Below, piece by piece: positions 1 through 9,277 of a DNA stretch of 64,000 bases (position 1 is the stretch's first letter; each line of letters begins with the position of its first letter). The stretch is from Candidatus Aminicenantes bacterium (GTDB lineage Bacteria; Acidobacteriota; Aminicenantia; Aminicenantales; Aminicenantaceae): the NCBI GenBank assembly GCA_011772475.1, contig WVZK01000044.1, forward strand, positions 14,727 through 78,726. The letters are read 5' to 3'. The notes under the pieces are model-generated. The model was given only the letters and a program-made list of their open reading frames with translations, made no database searches and was not told the origin of the DNA. The position numbers and the translations under genes were made by a program.

Positions 1-1007
1 GAAATCCTTATGCTGAAAGAATCGGGAACAAGCCCTACATCGAGATTGAGATCAACAGAGAAGAAGCTGCCCGTTATGGCGTAAAAGTGGGTGATATCCA
101 GCACTTGATCATGACCGCCATAGGAGGGATGAACATCACCACGACAGTAGAAGGAAGAGAGCGCTATCCGGTTCGAATCCGGTACATGAGAGAACTCAGA
201 GACAGCTTCGAAGCTCTGGAAAGAACCTTTGTTCCCACTCCTTCCGGCGCGCAGATCCCTCTCAGTCAATTGGCCGTGATCCAGAAGGTCCCAGGACCAG
301 CCAAGATCGCAGGAGAAAACACTCTTCCCTACGTAAGGGTTTTTGTCGATGTCAATACAGACGAAGTGGGAATTGTAGACTTTGTCAATCAGGCTCAAAA
401 CATTGTCAATGAAAAACTAGTACTTCCCTCTGGCTATTACATTTCCTGGAGTGGACAGTATGAGTATGAAATGCAGGCCAGGAACCGTCTGATGGTCGTG
501 CTTCCGATCTGTATCTTCATCATTTTTATATTGCTCTACCTGAAGTTCAAACGGTTTTCATCAGCTTCGATCCTGATTTTTTCACTGCCTTTTGCCTTCA
601 TAGGAGGAATCTGGCTTCAATTCATACTTGGATTTAAGTTCAGTACCGCAGTCTGGGTGGGCTACATTGCTCTATTTGGAGTTGCAGTGGAAGCAGGAGT
701 GGTGATGATGGATTTCTTGGTGGAATATTCTCGGAAAAGCAGGGACATCGTGGAAAACATCGTTCAAGCTGCCTTGCTAAGAGTCCGTCCCATAATCATG
801 ACCACTACCACCACCATCTTAGCACTTATTCCGATCCTGATAAGCACAGGAACCGGCGCCGAGATCATGAAGCCCATCGCTACTCCAACAGTCGGCGGAT
901 TGGTCACCGCAACCATGCTAAATCTGATACTTGTTCCTGTTATTTTTACTTGGGTACTCCAGTTCCGATTAAAACGAGAAAGAAAAACTGATAGCGAAAA
1001 GGAGTGA
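1..1007 (+). CDS. C-terminal fragment of an RND heavy-metal efflux pump (CusA/CzcA family); 5' end lies outside the window
   Basis: Frame 3 is open from base 3 (NPYAERIGNKPYIEIEINREEAARYGVKVGDIQHLI...) and runs into the listed ORF 87..1007. It shows the typical RND C-terminal periplasmic/TM region with helices VVLPICIFIIFILLYL, FIGGIWLQFILGF and IMTTTTTILALIPILIS. Stop is TGA at 1005-1007. Confidence 0.85.
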   Translation, partial: NPYAERIGNKPYIEIEINREEAARYGVKVGDIQHLIMTAIGGMNITTTVEGRERYPVRIRYMRELRDSFEALERTFVPTPSGAQIPLSQLAVIQKVPGPAKIAGENTLPYVRVFVDVNTDEVGIVDFVNQAQNIVNEKLVLPSGYYISWSGQYEYEMQARNRLMVVLPICIFIIFILLYLKFKRFSSASILIFSLPFAFIGGIWLQFILGFKFSTAVWVGYIALFGVAVEAGVVMMDFLVEYSRKSRDIVENIVQAALLRVRPIIMTTTTTILALIPILISTGTGAEIMKPIATPTVGGLVTATMLNLILVPVIFTWVLQFRLKRERKTDSEKE

Positions 1008-1009
1008 TT

Positions 1010-1396
1010 ATGGCTCAGAATAGGAAAAATTTTTCAATAGTTTTGATTATCGGTGTCTCGTTATTGATAGGATTTTTGGGAGGGTATTTAGCAGGTTTTC
1101 GATATGGATTAAGGTTAAACAGACAGAATTTTATACCCCCAATGGCTCAGAAAACCCAGAGCCGGCCTTCGAGGACCCATCTTGATGCTGAGGCAATCGA
1201 GATTATCAAAGAATTAAATTGCGTCTGTGACTGTAAAATGAAGCTTTCGCCTTGTACGTGTGAAGAAGTAAGAGGATCAAAGGAAATAAAGGCATATGTT
1301 CAAGAACTTGTTGAACAGAGATTATTGAAATCAGAAGTAATGGAGCGCCTTGTGGAAAGATATGGTCAAGCCGTTCTAATAAAAAGGAGCTCATAG
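1010..1396 (+). CDS. small membrane-anchored Cys-rich protein with a CcmH/NrfF-like C-terminal region (hypothetical)
   Basis: ATG 1010 is preceded by AAAAGGAG (996-1003); the listed ORF starts at GTG 1004, overlapping the pump stop. There is one TM helix (FSIVLIIGVSLLIGFLGGYLAGF). It is followed by the cluster CVCDCKMKLSPCTCEE and then KEIKAYVQELVEQRLLKSEVMERLVERYGQAVL, which resembles the CcmH pattern (Cys motif ... RYG.xVL). Confidence 0.45.
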   Translation: MAQNRKNFSIVLIIGVSLLIGFLGGYLAGFRYGLRLNRQNFIPPMAQKTQSRPSRTHLDAEAIEIIKELNCVCDCKMKLSPCTCEEVRGSKEIKAYVQELVEQRLLKSEVMERLVERYGQAVLIKRSS

Positions 1397-1476
1397 GAAA
1401 CAAATAAGGGTCAGGTCCCCATTTTCGTCTCCTGTTTTGTTTTTTTCCTTTTTTTTTAGTTTTTTTTCGAAATCTT

Positions 1477-1505
1477 TTGACCTTGGGATTTTCCTGTGCT
1501 ATAAG
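1477..1505 (+). promoter_or_regulatory. sigma-70-type promoter upstream of carA
   Basis: TTGACC (1477-1482), a 17-nt spacer, then TATAAG (1500-1505). This leaves a ~140-nt leader before the carA start. Confidence 0.5.
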
Positions 1506-1651
1506 TTAGGAAAATTGGAGAGACTTTCTGTGTGTCTCTGTTTACAAGTTAGGGGATCAAACACAGGGACTCTCACTCTCATTAATAATATAAAGCCAGC
1601 CCTAACAGAAACTATTAAAAAGAAACAATCCAATTCTCCCGAGCAAAGGAA

Positions 1652-2716
1652 GTGAAAAAGACTGCACTTATATTAGAGGATGGCACACAATACGATGGTT
1701 TTTCTTTCGGTCAAGAAAAGTCGGTCTCAGGAGAAGTTGTTTTTAACACTGGCATGGTCGGCTATTACGAATCCTTGACCGATCCCAGCTACAAAGGCCA
1801 GATTCTGGTCCTCACTTATCCTTTAATAGGAAATTATGGTGTTCCTGGAAACGAAACTGAACACAACTTATCAAAACATTTTGAGTCAGACAAGATTCAA
1901 ATTTCTGCCTTGGTCGTTTCTGATTATTCTTTCTCCCATGACCATTGGAGCGCCGCCAAAAGTCTGTCTGAATGGCTGAAAGAAGGCGATATTCCTGCCC
2001 TCCACGGGATTGATACCAGAGCTTTGACTAAAAGGTTAAGAGAAAGAGGAACCATGCTGGGCAAGATTCGTTTTGGCCAGGATGTTGAATTTTACGATCC
2101 CAATAAAGATGATCTCGTACGCCAGGTTTCCATCAAAGAGCCGATAGCCTACAACGAAAAGGGGAGGATAAAGATCGTTGTTGTTGACTGCGGTGTTAAA
2201 TACAGCATTCTCAGAAGTTTGATAAAAAGGGATTGTTCTTTGATAAGAATTCCCTATGACTACAATTTCTTCGATTATTCTTTCGATGCTGTTGTCATCT
2301 CTAATGGACCTGGCAATCCCAAAATGTATCAAGAAACCATCGATAACATAAAAGTTTGCTTGGAGCGAGAAATACCGACTTTTGGCATTTGTATGGGAAA
2401 TCAGATCATGGCCTTAGCAGCTGGAGCGAATACCTACAAACTCAAATATGGTCATCGAAGCCAGAATCAGCCCTGCCTCCAGCTCGGAACAAAGAGGTGT
2501 TTTATCACTTCCCAAAATCACGGCTATGCCGTGGAAACAAAAACCCTCCCCAAAGGTTGGGAGCCCTGGTTCGTGAACATCAATGATCAAACGAATGAAG
2601 GGATCAAGCACAAAGCCAAGCCTTTCATGTCGGTACAGTTTCATCCTGAGCAGTTACCAGGTCCAGTGGACACTGAATATTTGTTCGACACTTTTTTAAA
2701 GATGGTAAAAAAATGA
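1652..2716 (+). CDS. carA: carbamoyl-phosphate synthase small (glutaminase) subunit
   Basis: 354 aa. N-terminus ALILEDGTQYDGFSFG...VVFNTGMVGYYESLTDPSYKGQILV, followed by a class-I amidotransferase region (FGICMGNQIMA, QFHPE). GTG start. The stop overlaps the carB ATG (ATGA at 2713-2716). Confidence 0.95.
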   Translation: MKKTALILEDGTQYDGFSFGQEKSVSGEVVFNTGMVGYYESLTDPSYKGQILVLTYPLIGNYGVPGNETEHNLSKHFESDKIQISALVVSDYSFSHDHWSAAKSLSEWLKEGDIPALHGIDTRALTKRLRERGTMLGKIRFGQDVEFYDPNKDDLVRQVSIKEPIAYNEKGRIKIVVVDCGVKYSILRSLIKRDCSLIRIPYDYNFFDYSFDAVVISNGPGNPKMYQETIDNIKVCLEREIPTFGICMGNQIMALAAGANTYKLKYGHRSQNQPCLQLGTKRCFITSQNHGYAVETKTLPKGWEPWFVNINDQTNEGIKHKAKPFMSVQFHPEQLPGPVDTEYLFDTFLKMVKK

Positions 2717-5700
2717 AAAAGGTCATCATCTTAGGAAGCGGAGCCCTCAAGATTGGTCAGGCCGGAGAATTCGACTACTCGGGAAGCCAGGCGATCAAGG
2801 CTCTCCAAGAAGAAGGAATAAAAGTCGTCTTGGTCAATCCCAACATCGCCACTATCCAAACTTCAGAGGCTTTAGCTGATAAAATCTATTTCTTGCCCGT
2901 GACTCCCTATTTTGTAGAGAAGGTCATAAAAAGAGAAAAACCAGAGGGAATACTCCTGGGATTCGGCGGGCAGACAGCTCTCAATTGCGGCGTGGAGCTA
3001 CATAGAAAAGGCGTGTTTGATAAACACAAGGTCAAAGTGCTGGGAACCTCGATCCAGGCCATAATGGATTGTGAAGACAGGGAACTCTTTGTGAAAAGAT
3101 TGAGCCAAGCCAATTTAAAGGTACCGCGGAGTACAGCTGTAAAATCTCCTGAAGAAGCTCTAGAAGCGGCTCGAAAGATTGGTTATCCGGTGATGGCTAG
3201 AGTCGCCTATGCCCTGGGTGGTCTGGCTTCTGGGGTATCATACACTGAAGAAGAGCTTTCAGAAAGAGTCGAGAAGGCCTTTTCCTTCACCAGACAAATT
3301 CTCATAGAGGAATATCTCGAAGGTTGGAAGGAGATTGAATACGAGGTGGTCAGAGACAGCGCTGATAATTGCATCACTGTTTGCAATATGGAGAATTTTG
3401 ACCCCATGGGGATCCACACTGGCGAAAGCATCGTCATCGCTCCCTCTCAGACTCTGACCAACCAGGAATACCATAGATTAAGAGATGTCTCGATTAAAGT
3501 CATCAAGCATTTGGACATAGTCGGAGAATGCAATATCCAGTTCGCCTTGGATAAGAAGAGCGATGATTATCGGATCATAGAAGTCAATCCAAGACTGTCA
3601 AGAAGCAGCGCTCTCGCCTCCAAGGCCACTGGATACCCATTGGCTTTTATTGCAGCTAAGCTGGCCCTGGGTTATTCCCTTGTTGACTTGGAAAATTCCA
3701 TAACTAAGAAAACAATGGCTTGTTTCGAGCCGGCTTTGGACTATGTGGTGGTGAAGATTCCAAGATGGGATTTGATCAAATTCAAAAGGGCTTCGAAAAA
3801 GATCGGCACCGAGATGAAGAGCGTCGGAGAAGTCATGGCTATCGGGAGGAAATTTGAAGAAGCTCTCCAGAAAGCCCTTCGAATGCTGCAGGTGGGGATG
3901 TATGGTCTGGTTGGCAATGATATTACTTTTGATGATCTAGAAAAAGAGCTCAAGAATCCTACGGATTTGAGAATATTTGCTATCGCTGAGGCCGTAAAAC
4001 ATTATCCTATCGATAAAATCCATGATTTGACCCAGATAAACAAATGGTTTCTCTACAAGTTGAAGAATATCGTTGATTTAGAACAAGAACTCAGAGTATA
4101 TGATTACAGTCAGATTACCAAAGAGCTGTTGCTGAAGGCGAAGCAACATGGATTCTCTGATAAGCAGGTTGCCCTTCTCTTTCATAAGGAAGAATTAGAT
4201 ATCAGGAATTTGAGAAAGAAGTTCGACCTCATGCCAGTCGTGAAGCAGATTGATACCTTGGCCGCGGAATACCCTGCCCAAACCAATTATCTCTATCTCA
4301 CCTATAATGGAATGGAAGATGATGTTGAATTTTCAGAAAAAAACAAGGTTATTGTTTTAGGCTCTGGCTCTTACAGAATCGGTTCTTCGGTTGAATTCGA
4401 TTGGTGCTGCGTAAACGCTGTTTTATCGCTAAGGGATATGGGCTACAAGACTTTGATGATCAACTATAATCCCGAAACTGTCAGCACGGATTATGATATC
4501 TGCGATAAATTGTACTTTGATGAACTGAGCTTTGAGACCGTGGCCGATATTTATGAGAAAGAAGCTCCCCTGGGGCTTATCATCTCTATGGGAGGGCAGA
4601 TTCCTAACAATTTGGCCATGAAATGTCACCAATACGGAGTAAAGATTCTGGGAACCTCTCCATTGAATATCGATAAGGCAGAGGACAGGCATAAGTTCTC
4701 GGCTTTGTTGGATAAGCTGAAGATTGACCAGCCAGAATGGAAGGAACTCACAGAAATTAGCGTAGCCAAAGCCTTTGCGAGCAAGGTAGGCTATCCAGTG
4801 CTCATTAGGCCAAGCTATGTTCTGAGCGGGGCAGCCATGTCTGTGGCCCTGAATGACTCGGAGCTGGTGAGCTACCTGGAGAAGGCCTCTCGAATCAGCC
4901 CTGAGTATCCGGTTGTCATCAGCAATTTTATCGAGAATGCCAAAGAAATAGAGATCGATGCTGTGGCTAAAAAAGGCGATTTATTCGTATACGCCATCTG
5001 CGAGCATGTTGAAAATGCTGGAGTCCATTCAGGGGATGCCACCATGGTGCTGCCTCCTCAAAGGACCTATCTTGAGACAACCCGAAGAATGAAAAGAATT
5101 GCCCGGAAGATTGCCAAATCTCTCCAGATCAATGGACCGTTCAATATTCAGTTCATTGCTAAAGAGAATGAGGTTAAAGTCATCGAGTGCAATCTGCGGG
5201 CCTCGAGGTCCTTTCCATTTGTCTCCAAAGTCTTCAAGCTAAATTTTATTGACTTGGCCACAAGGTTCATCATGGCAAAGGATATTCCCAGAATTGATAA
5301 GTCCTGTTTTGAGCTTGATTATGTTGGTGTTAAAGCACCTCAATTTTCATTCACCAGGATAAAAGGTGCTGATCCAGTTTTGAGCGTAGAGATGACTTCT
5401 ACCGGCGAAGTGGCCTGCATCGGAGATAACTTTGAAGAAGCTTTCTTAAAGGCCTTGCTATCGGTTGGGTTTGAATTTCCGAAGAAGAACATCCTCTTGT
5501 CTACGGGTCCCTTTGAAAGCAAGGCCAAATTTTTACCTAATGCCAAAAGATTGCAGGATCTGGGTTTTAGCCTCTTCGCAACTCGTGGGACAGCCGACTA
5601 TATGAAGTATCACGGCATTTATTCGGCAGCTCTTTACTGGCCTCTGGAGAAGAGAGAACCCAATACACTCTCTTACATAGCGAACAGAAAGCTTGATCTT

Positions 5701-5883
5701 ATCATCAACATCCCGAAAAGCATCGATGAAGATGAGCTGACCAATGATTACCTCATCAGAAGGAAAGCCACTGATTTTAATATCCCTTTGATCACTAATC
5801 TGCAGTTCGCCGAAAGATTCATCGATGCCATCTCCAGGACAAAGCTGAATGAATTGAAAATAAAATCCTGGGACGAGTATTGA
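2713..5883 (+). CDS. carB: carbamoyl-phosphate synthase large subunit
   Basis: 1056 aa with duplicated ATP-grasp halves (KVIILGSGALKIGQAGEFDYSGSQA and KVIVLGSGSYRIGSSVEFDWCCV) and an MGS-like C-terminal domain. Confidence 0.97.
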   Translation: MKKVIILGSGALKIGQAGEFDYSGSQAIKALQEEGIKVVLVNPNIATIQTSEALADKIYFLPVTPYFVEKVIKREKPEGILLGFGGQTALNCGVELHRKGVFDKHKVKVLGTSIQAIMDCEDRELFVKRLSQANLKVPRSTAVKSPEEALEAARKIGYPVMARVAYALGGLASGVSYTEEELSERVEKAFSFTRQILIEEYLEGWKEIEYEVVRDSADNCITVCNMENFDPMGIHTGESIVIAPSQTLTNQEYHRLRDVSIKVIKHLDIVGECNIQFALDKKSDDYRIIEVNPRLSRSSALASKATGYPLAFIAAKLALGYSLVDLENSITKKTMACFEPALDYVVVKIPRWDLIKFKRASKKIGTEMKSVGEVMAIGRKFEEALQKALRMLQVGMYGLVGNDITFDDLEKELKNPTDLRIFAIAEAVKHYPIDKIHDLTQINKWFLYKLKNIVDLEQELRVYDYSQITKELLLKAKQHGFSDKQVALLFHKEELDIRNLRKKFDLMPVVKQIDTLAAEYPAQTNYLYLTYNGMEDDVEFSEKNKVIVLGSGSYRIGSSVEFDWCCVNAVLSLRDMGYKTLMINYNPETVSTDYDICDKLYFDELSFETVADIYEKEAPLGLIISMGGQIPNNLAMKCHQYGVKILGTSPLNIDKAEDRHKFSALLDKLKIDQPEWKELTEISVAKAFASKVGYPVLIRPSYVLSGAAMSVALNDSELVSYLEKASRISPEYPVVISNFIENAKEIEIDAVAKKGDLFVYAICEHVENAGVHSGDATMVLPPQRTYLETTRRMKRIARKIAKSLQINGPFNIQFIAKENEVKVIECNLRASRSFPFVSKVFKLNFIDLATRFIMAKDIPRIDKSCFELDYVGVKAPQFSFTRIKGADPVLSVEMTSTGEVACIGDNFEEAFLKALLSVGFEFPKKNILLSTGPFESKAKFLPNAKRLQDLGFSLFATRGTADYMKYHGIYSAALYWPLEKREPNTLSYIANRKLDLIINIPKSIDEDELTNDYLIRRKATDFNIPLITNLQFAERFIDAISRTKLNELKIKSWDEY

Positions 5884-6037
5884 CCCCAATAGTCGAGTTT
5901 GGCATTCAATAATTTCAATAACATCCAGGAGAAGCAATGTCAGTGGAGTCAAGCCTTTATGACTTTTATAATGTCCTTAAAAAGGGGAGAGTTTATTTTT
6001 CGTCTCCTTTATCGTCATCAATGTGTTTTTTATTTAA

Positions 6038-6065
6038 TTGACAATTTTGATAGAGATTGTATAAT
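6038..6065 (+). promoter_or_regulatory. near-consensus sigma-70 promoter for the Cu-binding protein gene
   Basis: TTGACA (6038-6043), a 16-nt spacer, then TATAAT (6060-6065), about 30 nt upstream of the GGAGGAG RBS and ATG 6098. Confidence 0.6.
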
Positions 6066-6097
6066 TATTATTTAATAAAAAACTTTTGGAGGAGCGA

Positions 6098-6790
6098 ATG
6101 ACTAAACATTCAAAAGTATTAACTTTCTTTTTGGCGTTTTCCTTTGTTCTTAGTTTAGCAGCAATTGCCCAGCAGGCTGAAGAGACAGTCGTTTGTGCTG
6201 TGAGCGGCCATAAGATCAAAAAATCTGAAGCCAAAATTACCCATGAGTACAAAGGAAAGACCTACTATTTCTGCAGTGAGAAGTGCAAGGAGGAGTTCCT
6301 GGAGAATCCTGAGAAATATATCCAGAAGAAAGAAGAAATGAAGGCCGTCTATACTTGCCCCATGCACCCCGAAGTTAAGTCAGATAAACCTGGCAAATGC
6401 TCTAAATGCGGCATGAAGCTAGAGAAAAAGATGATGCACAAAGAAAAAATGGAGCACAAAGAGCAAATGATGCATAAGGAGAAGATGGAGCATAAGGAGA
6501 AGATGCATGCCCATATGCACAAACAGACTCATATGCATAGGGAAGCTAAAGAAAAACAATGCTGTCCCATGATGGGCATGATGGGAAGTGAAGATATTGA
6601 AATGACTGTCGAGAATACGAAAGATGGAATTGTTGTGAAAGTCACCTCAAAAAATGAAGAAACCGTGAAGAAAATTCAGGAAATGGCGTCCAAGATGAAA
6701 GAGTGCTGCCAGGAAGAAGGCGAGAAAGCAAAAACCTGTAAAAAAGAAGTAAAAAAAGAGGAAGTCAAAAAGGAAGTAATCGAGAAGTAA
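6098..6790 (+). CDS. secreted metal (probably Cu) binding protein: YHS/TRASH domain + HMBD-type CxxC...CxxC motif + His/Met-rich repeats
   Basis: ATG 6098 follows GGAGGAG; the listed ORF starts at TTG 6086. Signal peptide is MTKHSKVLTFFLAFSFVLSLAAIAQQ. The YHS-like segment is VCAVSGHKIKK...YKGKTYYFCSEKCKEEFLENPEKY. YTCPMHPEVKSDKPGKCSKCGMKL matches the heavy-metal-binding domain seen on CusB/CopA-type proteins. MMHKEKMEHKEQMMHKEKMEHKEKMHAHMHKQTHMH is a His/Met tract. Confidence 0.75.
   Translation: MTKHSKVLTFFLAFSFVLSLAAIAQQAEETVVCAVSGHKIKKSEAKITHEYKGKTYYFCSEKCKEEFLENPEKYIQKKEEMKAVYTCPMHPEVKSDKPGKCSKCGMKLEKKMMHKEKMEHKEQMMHKEKMEHKEKMHAHMHKQTHMHREAKEKQCCPMMGMMGSEDIEMTVENTKDGIVVKVTSKNEETVKKIQEMASKMKECCQEEGEKAKTCKKEVKKEEVKKEVIEK
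6431..6538 (+). repeat. in-frame 36-bp tandem repeat encoding the His/Met-rich tract
   Basis: 6431-6466 (atgatgcacaaagaaaaaatggagcacaaagagcaa) and 6467-6502 (atgatgcataaggagaagatggagcataaggagaag) are two diverged copies. 6503-6538 is a third, more degenerate H/M unit. Confidence 0.8.
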
Positions 6791-6804
6791 ACACTTAAAA
6801 CATT

Positions 6805-6849
6805 AAAAAAAATCCCTCTGGTTCCGTCGGGCCAGAGGGATTTTTTTTA
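6805..6849. terminator. bidirectional Rho-independent terminator between convergent genes
   Basis: The stem TCCCTCTGG (6813-6821) pairs with CCAGAGGGA (6832-6840). It is flanked by an A-run (6805-6812) and a T-run (6841-6848), so it reads as hairpin plus U-tract on both strands. Confidence 0.8.
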
Positions 6850-6912
6850 TAAAATCATTTCCTGCTTTCCAGTCCATCCGCTCAGGTGCCTCTGGCTCTC
6901 AATCCAGCGGGA

Positions 6913-7893
6913 TTATAGGAAACCTTTTTCTCTCAGCCAATCATCGTTGTATATCGTGCTCAGGTAGCGGTTAGCTGAGTCAGGAATAATTGTAACAATC
7001 CGAGCTGGTTTATCAATCTCTTTGGCGAGCTTGAGAGACGCCCAGAGAGCAGCTCCGCTTGAACCCCCAGCTAGTATGGCTTCTTTGTTGGCCAGCTCTC
7101 TAGTCATCTGGAAAGCTTGCTTGTCTGTGATTTGATAGACATTGTCGATCAGGTCAAAATCAACACAGCCGATGAGGAATTCATCGCCCAAGCCTTCGAG
7201 CAAATAGGGAGAAGGTTTTGTCAATTTTTTTATGTGAAAATAGTTAAAAAGTACCGAACCTAAAGGATCAATACCGATGACTCTAATTTTTGGATCTTTT
7301 TCTTTGAGGAATTTTGCTACTCCACTGATAGTTCCGCCTGTTCCCATGCCGGCGACGAAATAGTCGATTTTCCCTTCCATCTGTTTCCAGATCTCTGGAC
7401 CGGTTGTTTTGTAGTGGGCTTCGTTGTTTTCTCGATTATTGTGCTGGTTGAAGTAATAGCCATTGGGGCTTTTCTTGGCAATTCGGAGAGCTATGTTGTT
7501 GTAGCTATCAGGAGATTCGGGAGGGATAGTATGGTCTATCAGGACGAGTTCCACATTCAAAACCTTGAGAAACTCGATTTTTTCGGGGCTGATGTTATCC
7601 CGGACCACCATTTTCACCTTGTATCCTTTAAGCGCACCAACCATAGCCAATGCAAGGGCTGTGTTCCCAGAAGAGTTGTCCACGATCGTATCACCGGGCT
7701 TTATCCTCCCTTCCTTTTCAGCTTTTTCAATCATGTATTTTGCGATTCTGTCTTTGATACTTCCCATGGGATTGAGGAACTCGAGCTTGGCAAAGATATC
7801 AGCTTTGATCCCCTTTGTGATTCGATTCAATTTAATGAGAGGAGTGTTGCCGATTCCTTCCAGAACGTCTTTTGAGAAAAATTTCAGCGGCAT
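6913..7893 (-). CDS. PLP-dependent cysteine synthase family enzyme (CysK/CysM/CBS-like)
   Basis: 326 aa. GNTPLIKLNRI...AKLEFLNPMGSIKDRIA carries the PLP-lysine motif. SSGNTALALAMVGALKGYKVKMVV and the GTGGTISG glycine loop are also present. Confidence 0.85.
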   Translation of the reverse strand: MPLKFFSKDVLEGIGNTPLIKLNRITKGIKADIFAKLEFLNPMGSIKDRIAKYMIEKAEKEGRIKPGDTIVDNSSGNTALALAMVGALKGYKVKMVVRDNISPEKIEFLKVLNVELVLIDHTIPPESPDSYNNIALRIAKKSPNGYYFNQHNNRENNEAHYKTTGPEIWKQMEGKIDYFVAGMGTGGTISGVAKFLKEKDPKIRVIGIDPLGSVLFNYFHIKKLTKPSPYLLEGLGDEFLIGCVDFDLIDNVYQITDKQAFQMTRELANKEAILAGGSSGAALWASLKLAKEIDKPARIVTIIPDSANRYLSTIYNDDWLREKGFL

Positions 7894-7965
7894 ATTTTTG
7901 TTTTTCTCCTCGTTAAATTGGATATCTCTTGTTCACGTGCCTCTGTTTTTTGAGCATGGGGATAG

Positions 7966-7994
7966 TTTATAACATCGACAAAATTGTCTGTCAA
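7966..7994 (-). promoter_or_regulatory. sigma-70-type promoter for the cysteine-synthase-family gene
   Basis: On the minus strand: TTGACA (7994-7989), a 17-nt spacer, then TATAAA (7971-7966). Confidence 0.5.
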
Positions 7995-8103
7995 TAAAAG
8001 GACGTATTTCCTCCGAGTCGGGTATTTATAAATATTATAATAAAAACACAATTTGAAGCTCAACTTTTGGAGATGAGAATAATTTGGTATCCTAGGGGAT
8101 AAG

Positions 8104-9204
8104 ATGAAGAGAAAGCATAATAGAGTTGTTGTGGCCATGAGTGGAGGAGTGGATTCCTCACTCGCAGCAGCTCTCCTCCAGGAGCAGGGCTATGAAGTCA
8201 TCGGAATCACCATGAATCTTTTCTCCCTGCCCAAGGAATACTGCAGGTCAGAGCAGTTGAGAAGCTGCTGTGGCTGGCAAGCTGTAGAAGATGCCAATCA
8301 GGTGGCCCACACGCTGGGGATTTCTCATTATGTAGCTAATCTTCGCCAGGAATTCGAAAAAAAAGTGATTTCCGATTTCTGCGAACAGTATTCCCTGGGT
8401 AGAACTCCTAATCCCTGCATTCGGTGCAATCAATACATAAAATTCGAAACTTTGATGGGGCGAGCTAAAAAACTCAAAGCTGATTATTTAGCTACCGGCC
8501 ATCATGCTCGAATCGTTCATGATTCTAAGACCGGACGCTATCTTCTAAAAAAGGGAAAGGATAAAAAGAAAGACCAGTCATATTTTCTCTACCCTATCAC
8601 TCAAGACCAACTCTCTCGCACCTTGATGCCGATTGGAGATTTTACAAAAGAAAAGGTGAGAGAAAAAGCTCGTGAATTCGTTCTTCCAGTGGCTCAAAGG
8701 CCCGAAAGCCAGGAAATTTGTTTTGTTCCTGACAAAGATTACCCAGGATTCCTGCAAAGCAGAATTCCTGAAGCTTTCCGCTCCGGACCCATCGTCGACC
8801 TTAAAGATCGAGTTCTAGGTCAGCACAAAGGAATCGGGTATTACACAGTCGGCCAGCGCCGAGGCATGGGGATTGCTGCGCCTCAGCCGCTTTATGTACT
8901 GGCCATCCGGAGAGAAAAAAATACGATTGTTGTCGGGACAAATGACAAGCTCTATGAGAGAAAACTCCATGCCACAAGAGTGAATTTGATTTCGGGGGAA
9001 AGAATTGCCAAACCACTGAGGATAAAAGCAAAAATCAGGCACAAACACAAAGAGTCGAAAGCTCTTCTTACCCCCTCGAATTCGGATCAGGCAATAGTCG
9101 AATTCGAAAAACCGCAGAGGGCCATTACTCCAGGTCAGGCTGTTGTTTTTTACGACGGAGACGTGGTCGTTGGTGGGGGAATAATAGATAAAATCAAGTC
9201 CTAG
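8104..9204 (+). CDS. mnmA: tRNA-specific 2-thiouridylase
   Basis: 366 aa. PP-loop VVVAMSGGVDSSLAAALLQEQGYEVIGITM, GRTPNPCIRCNQYIKF and DQSYFLY motifs. Confidence 0.93.
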   Translation: MKRKHNRVVVAMSGGVDSSLAAALLQEQGYEVIGITMNLFSLPKEYCRSEQLRSCCGWQAVEDANQVAHTLGISHYVANLRQEFEKKVISDFCEQYSLGRTPNPCIRCNQYIKFETLMGRAKKLKADYLATGHHARIVHDSKTGRYLLKKGKDKKKDQSYFLYPITQDQLSRTLMPIGDFTKEKVREKAREFVLPVAQRPESQEICFVPDKDYPGFLQSRIPEAFRSGPIVDLKDRVLGQHKGIGYYTVGQRRGMGIAAPQPLYVLAIRREKNTIVVGTNDKLYERKLHATRVNLISGERIAKPLRIKAKIRHKHKESKALLTPSNSDQAIVEFEKPQRAITPGQAVVFYDGDVVVGGGIIDKIKS

Positions 9205-9277
9205 CACCTCTATAAAAATTTATAAGTCCTCTCTATTCAGTCTTTTAAGTGATTTTTTTAAAATTGGATGAAGGAGC

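Noticed and set aside
1506-1651. PyrR-type or other pyrimidine attenuator in the carA leader
   Set aside because: The hairpin AGAGAC/GTCTCT and the string UUGGAGAGACUU only loosely resemble the PyrR box (UCCAGAGAGGCU). There is no terminator/antiterminator pair visible.
1437-1655. Intergenic ORFs 1437..1655, 9585..9773, 26410..26742, 31164..31349
   Set aside because: They have poly-F/low-complexity translations or overlap promoter and leader regions and the amber-interrupted domain on the other strand. There is no support as genes.
5533-5952. Antisense or overlapping ORFs from the six-frame track (e.g. 5533..5952, 7414..7972, 8815..9207, 17746..18177, 33106..33640, 36442..37002, 37897..38469, 45139..45579, 51312..52046, 60187..60636, 63058..63321)
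   Set aside because: All lie inside, or antisense to, strongly supported genes. They have low-complexity or stop-poor shadow-frame composition and no RBS or family signature, so I treat them as shadow ORFs.
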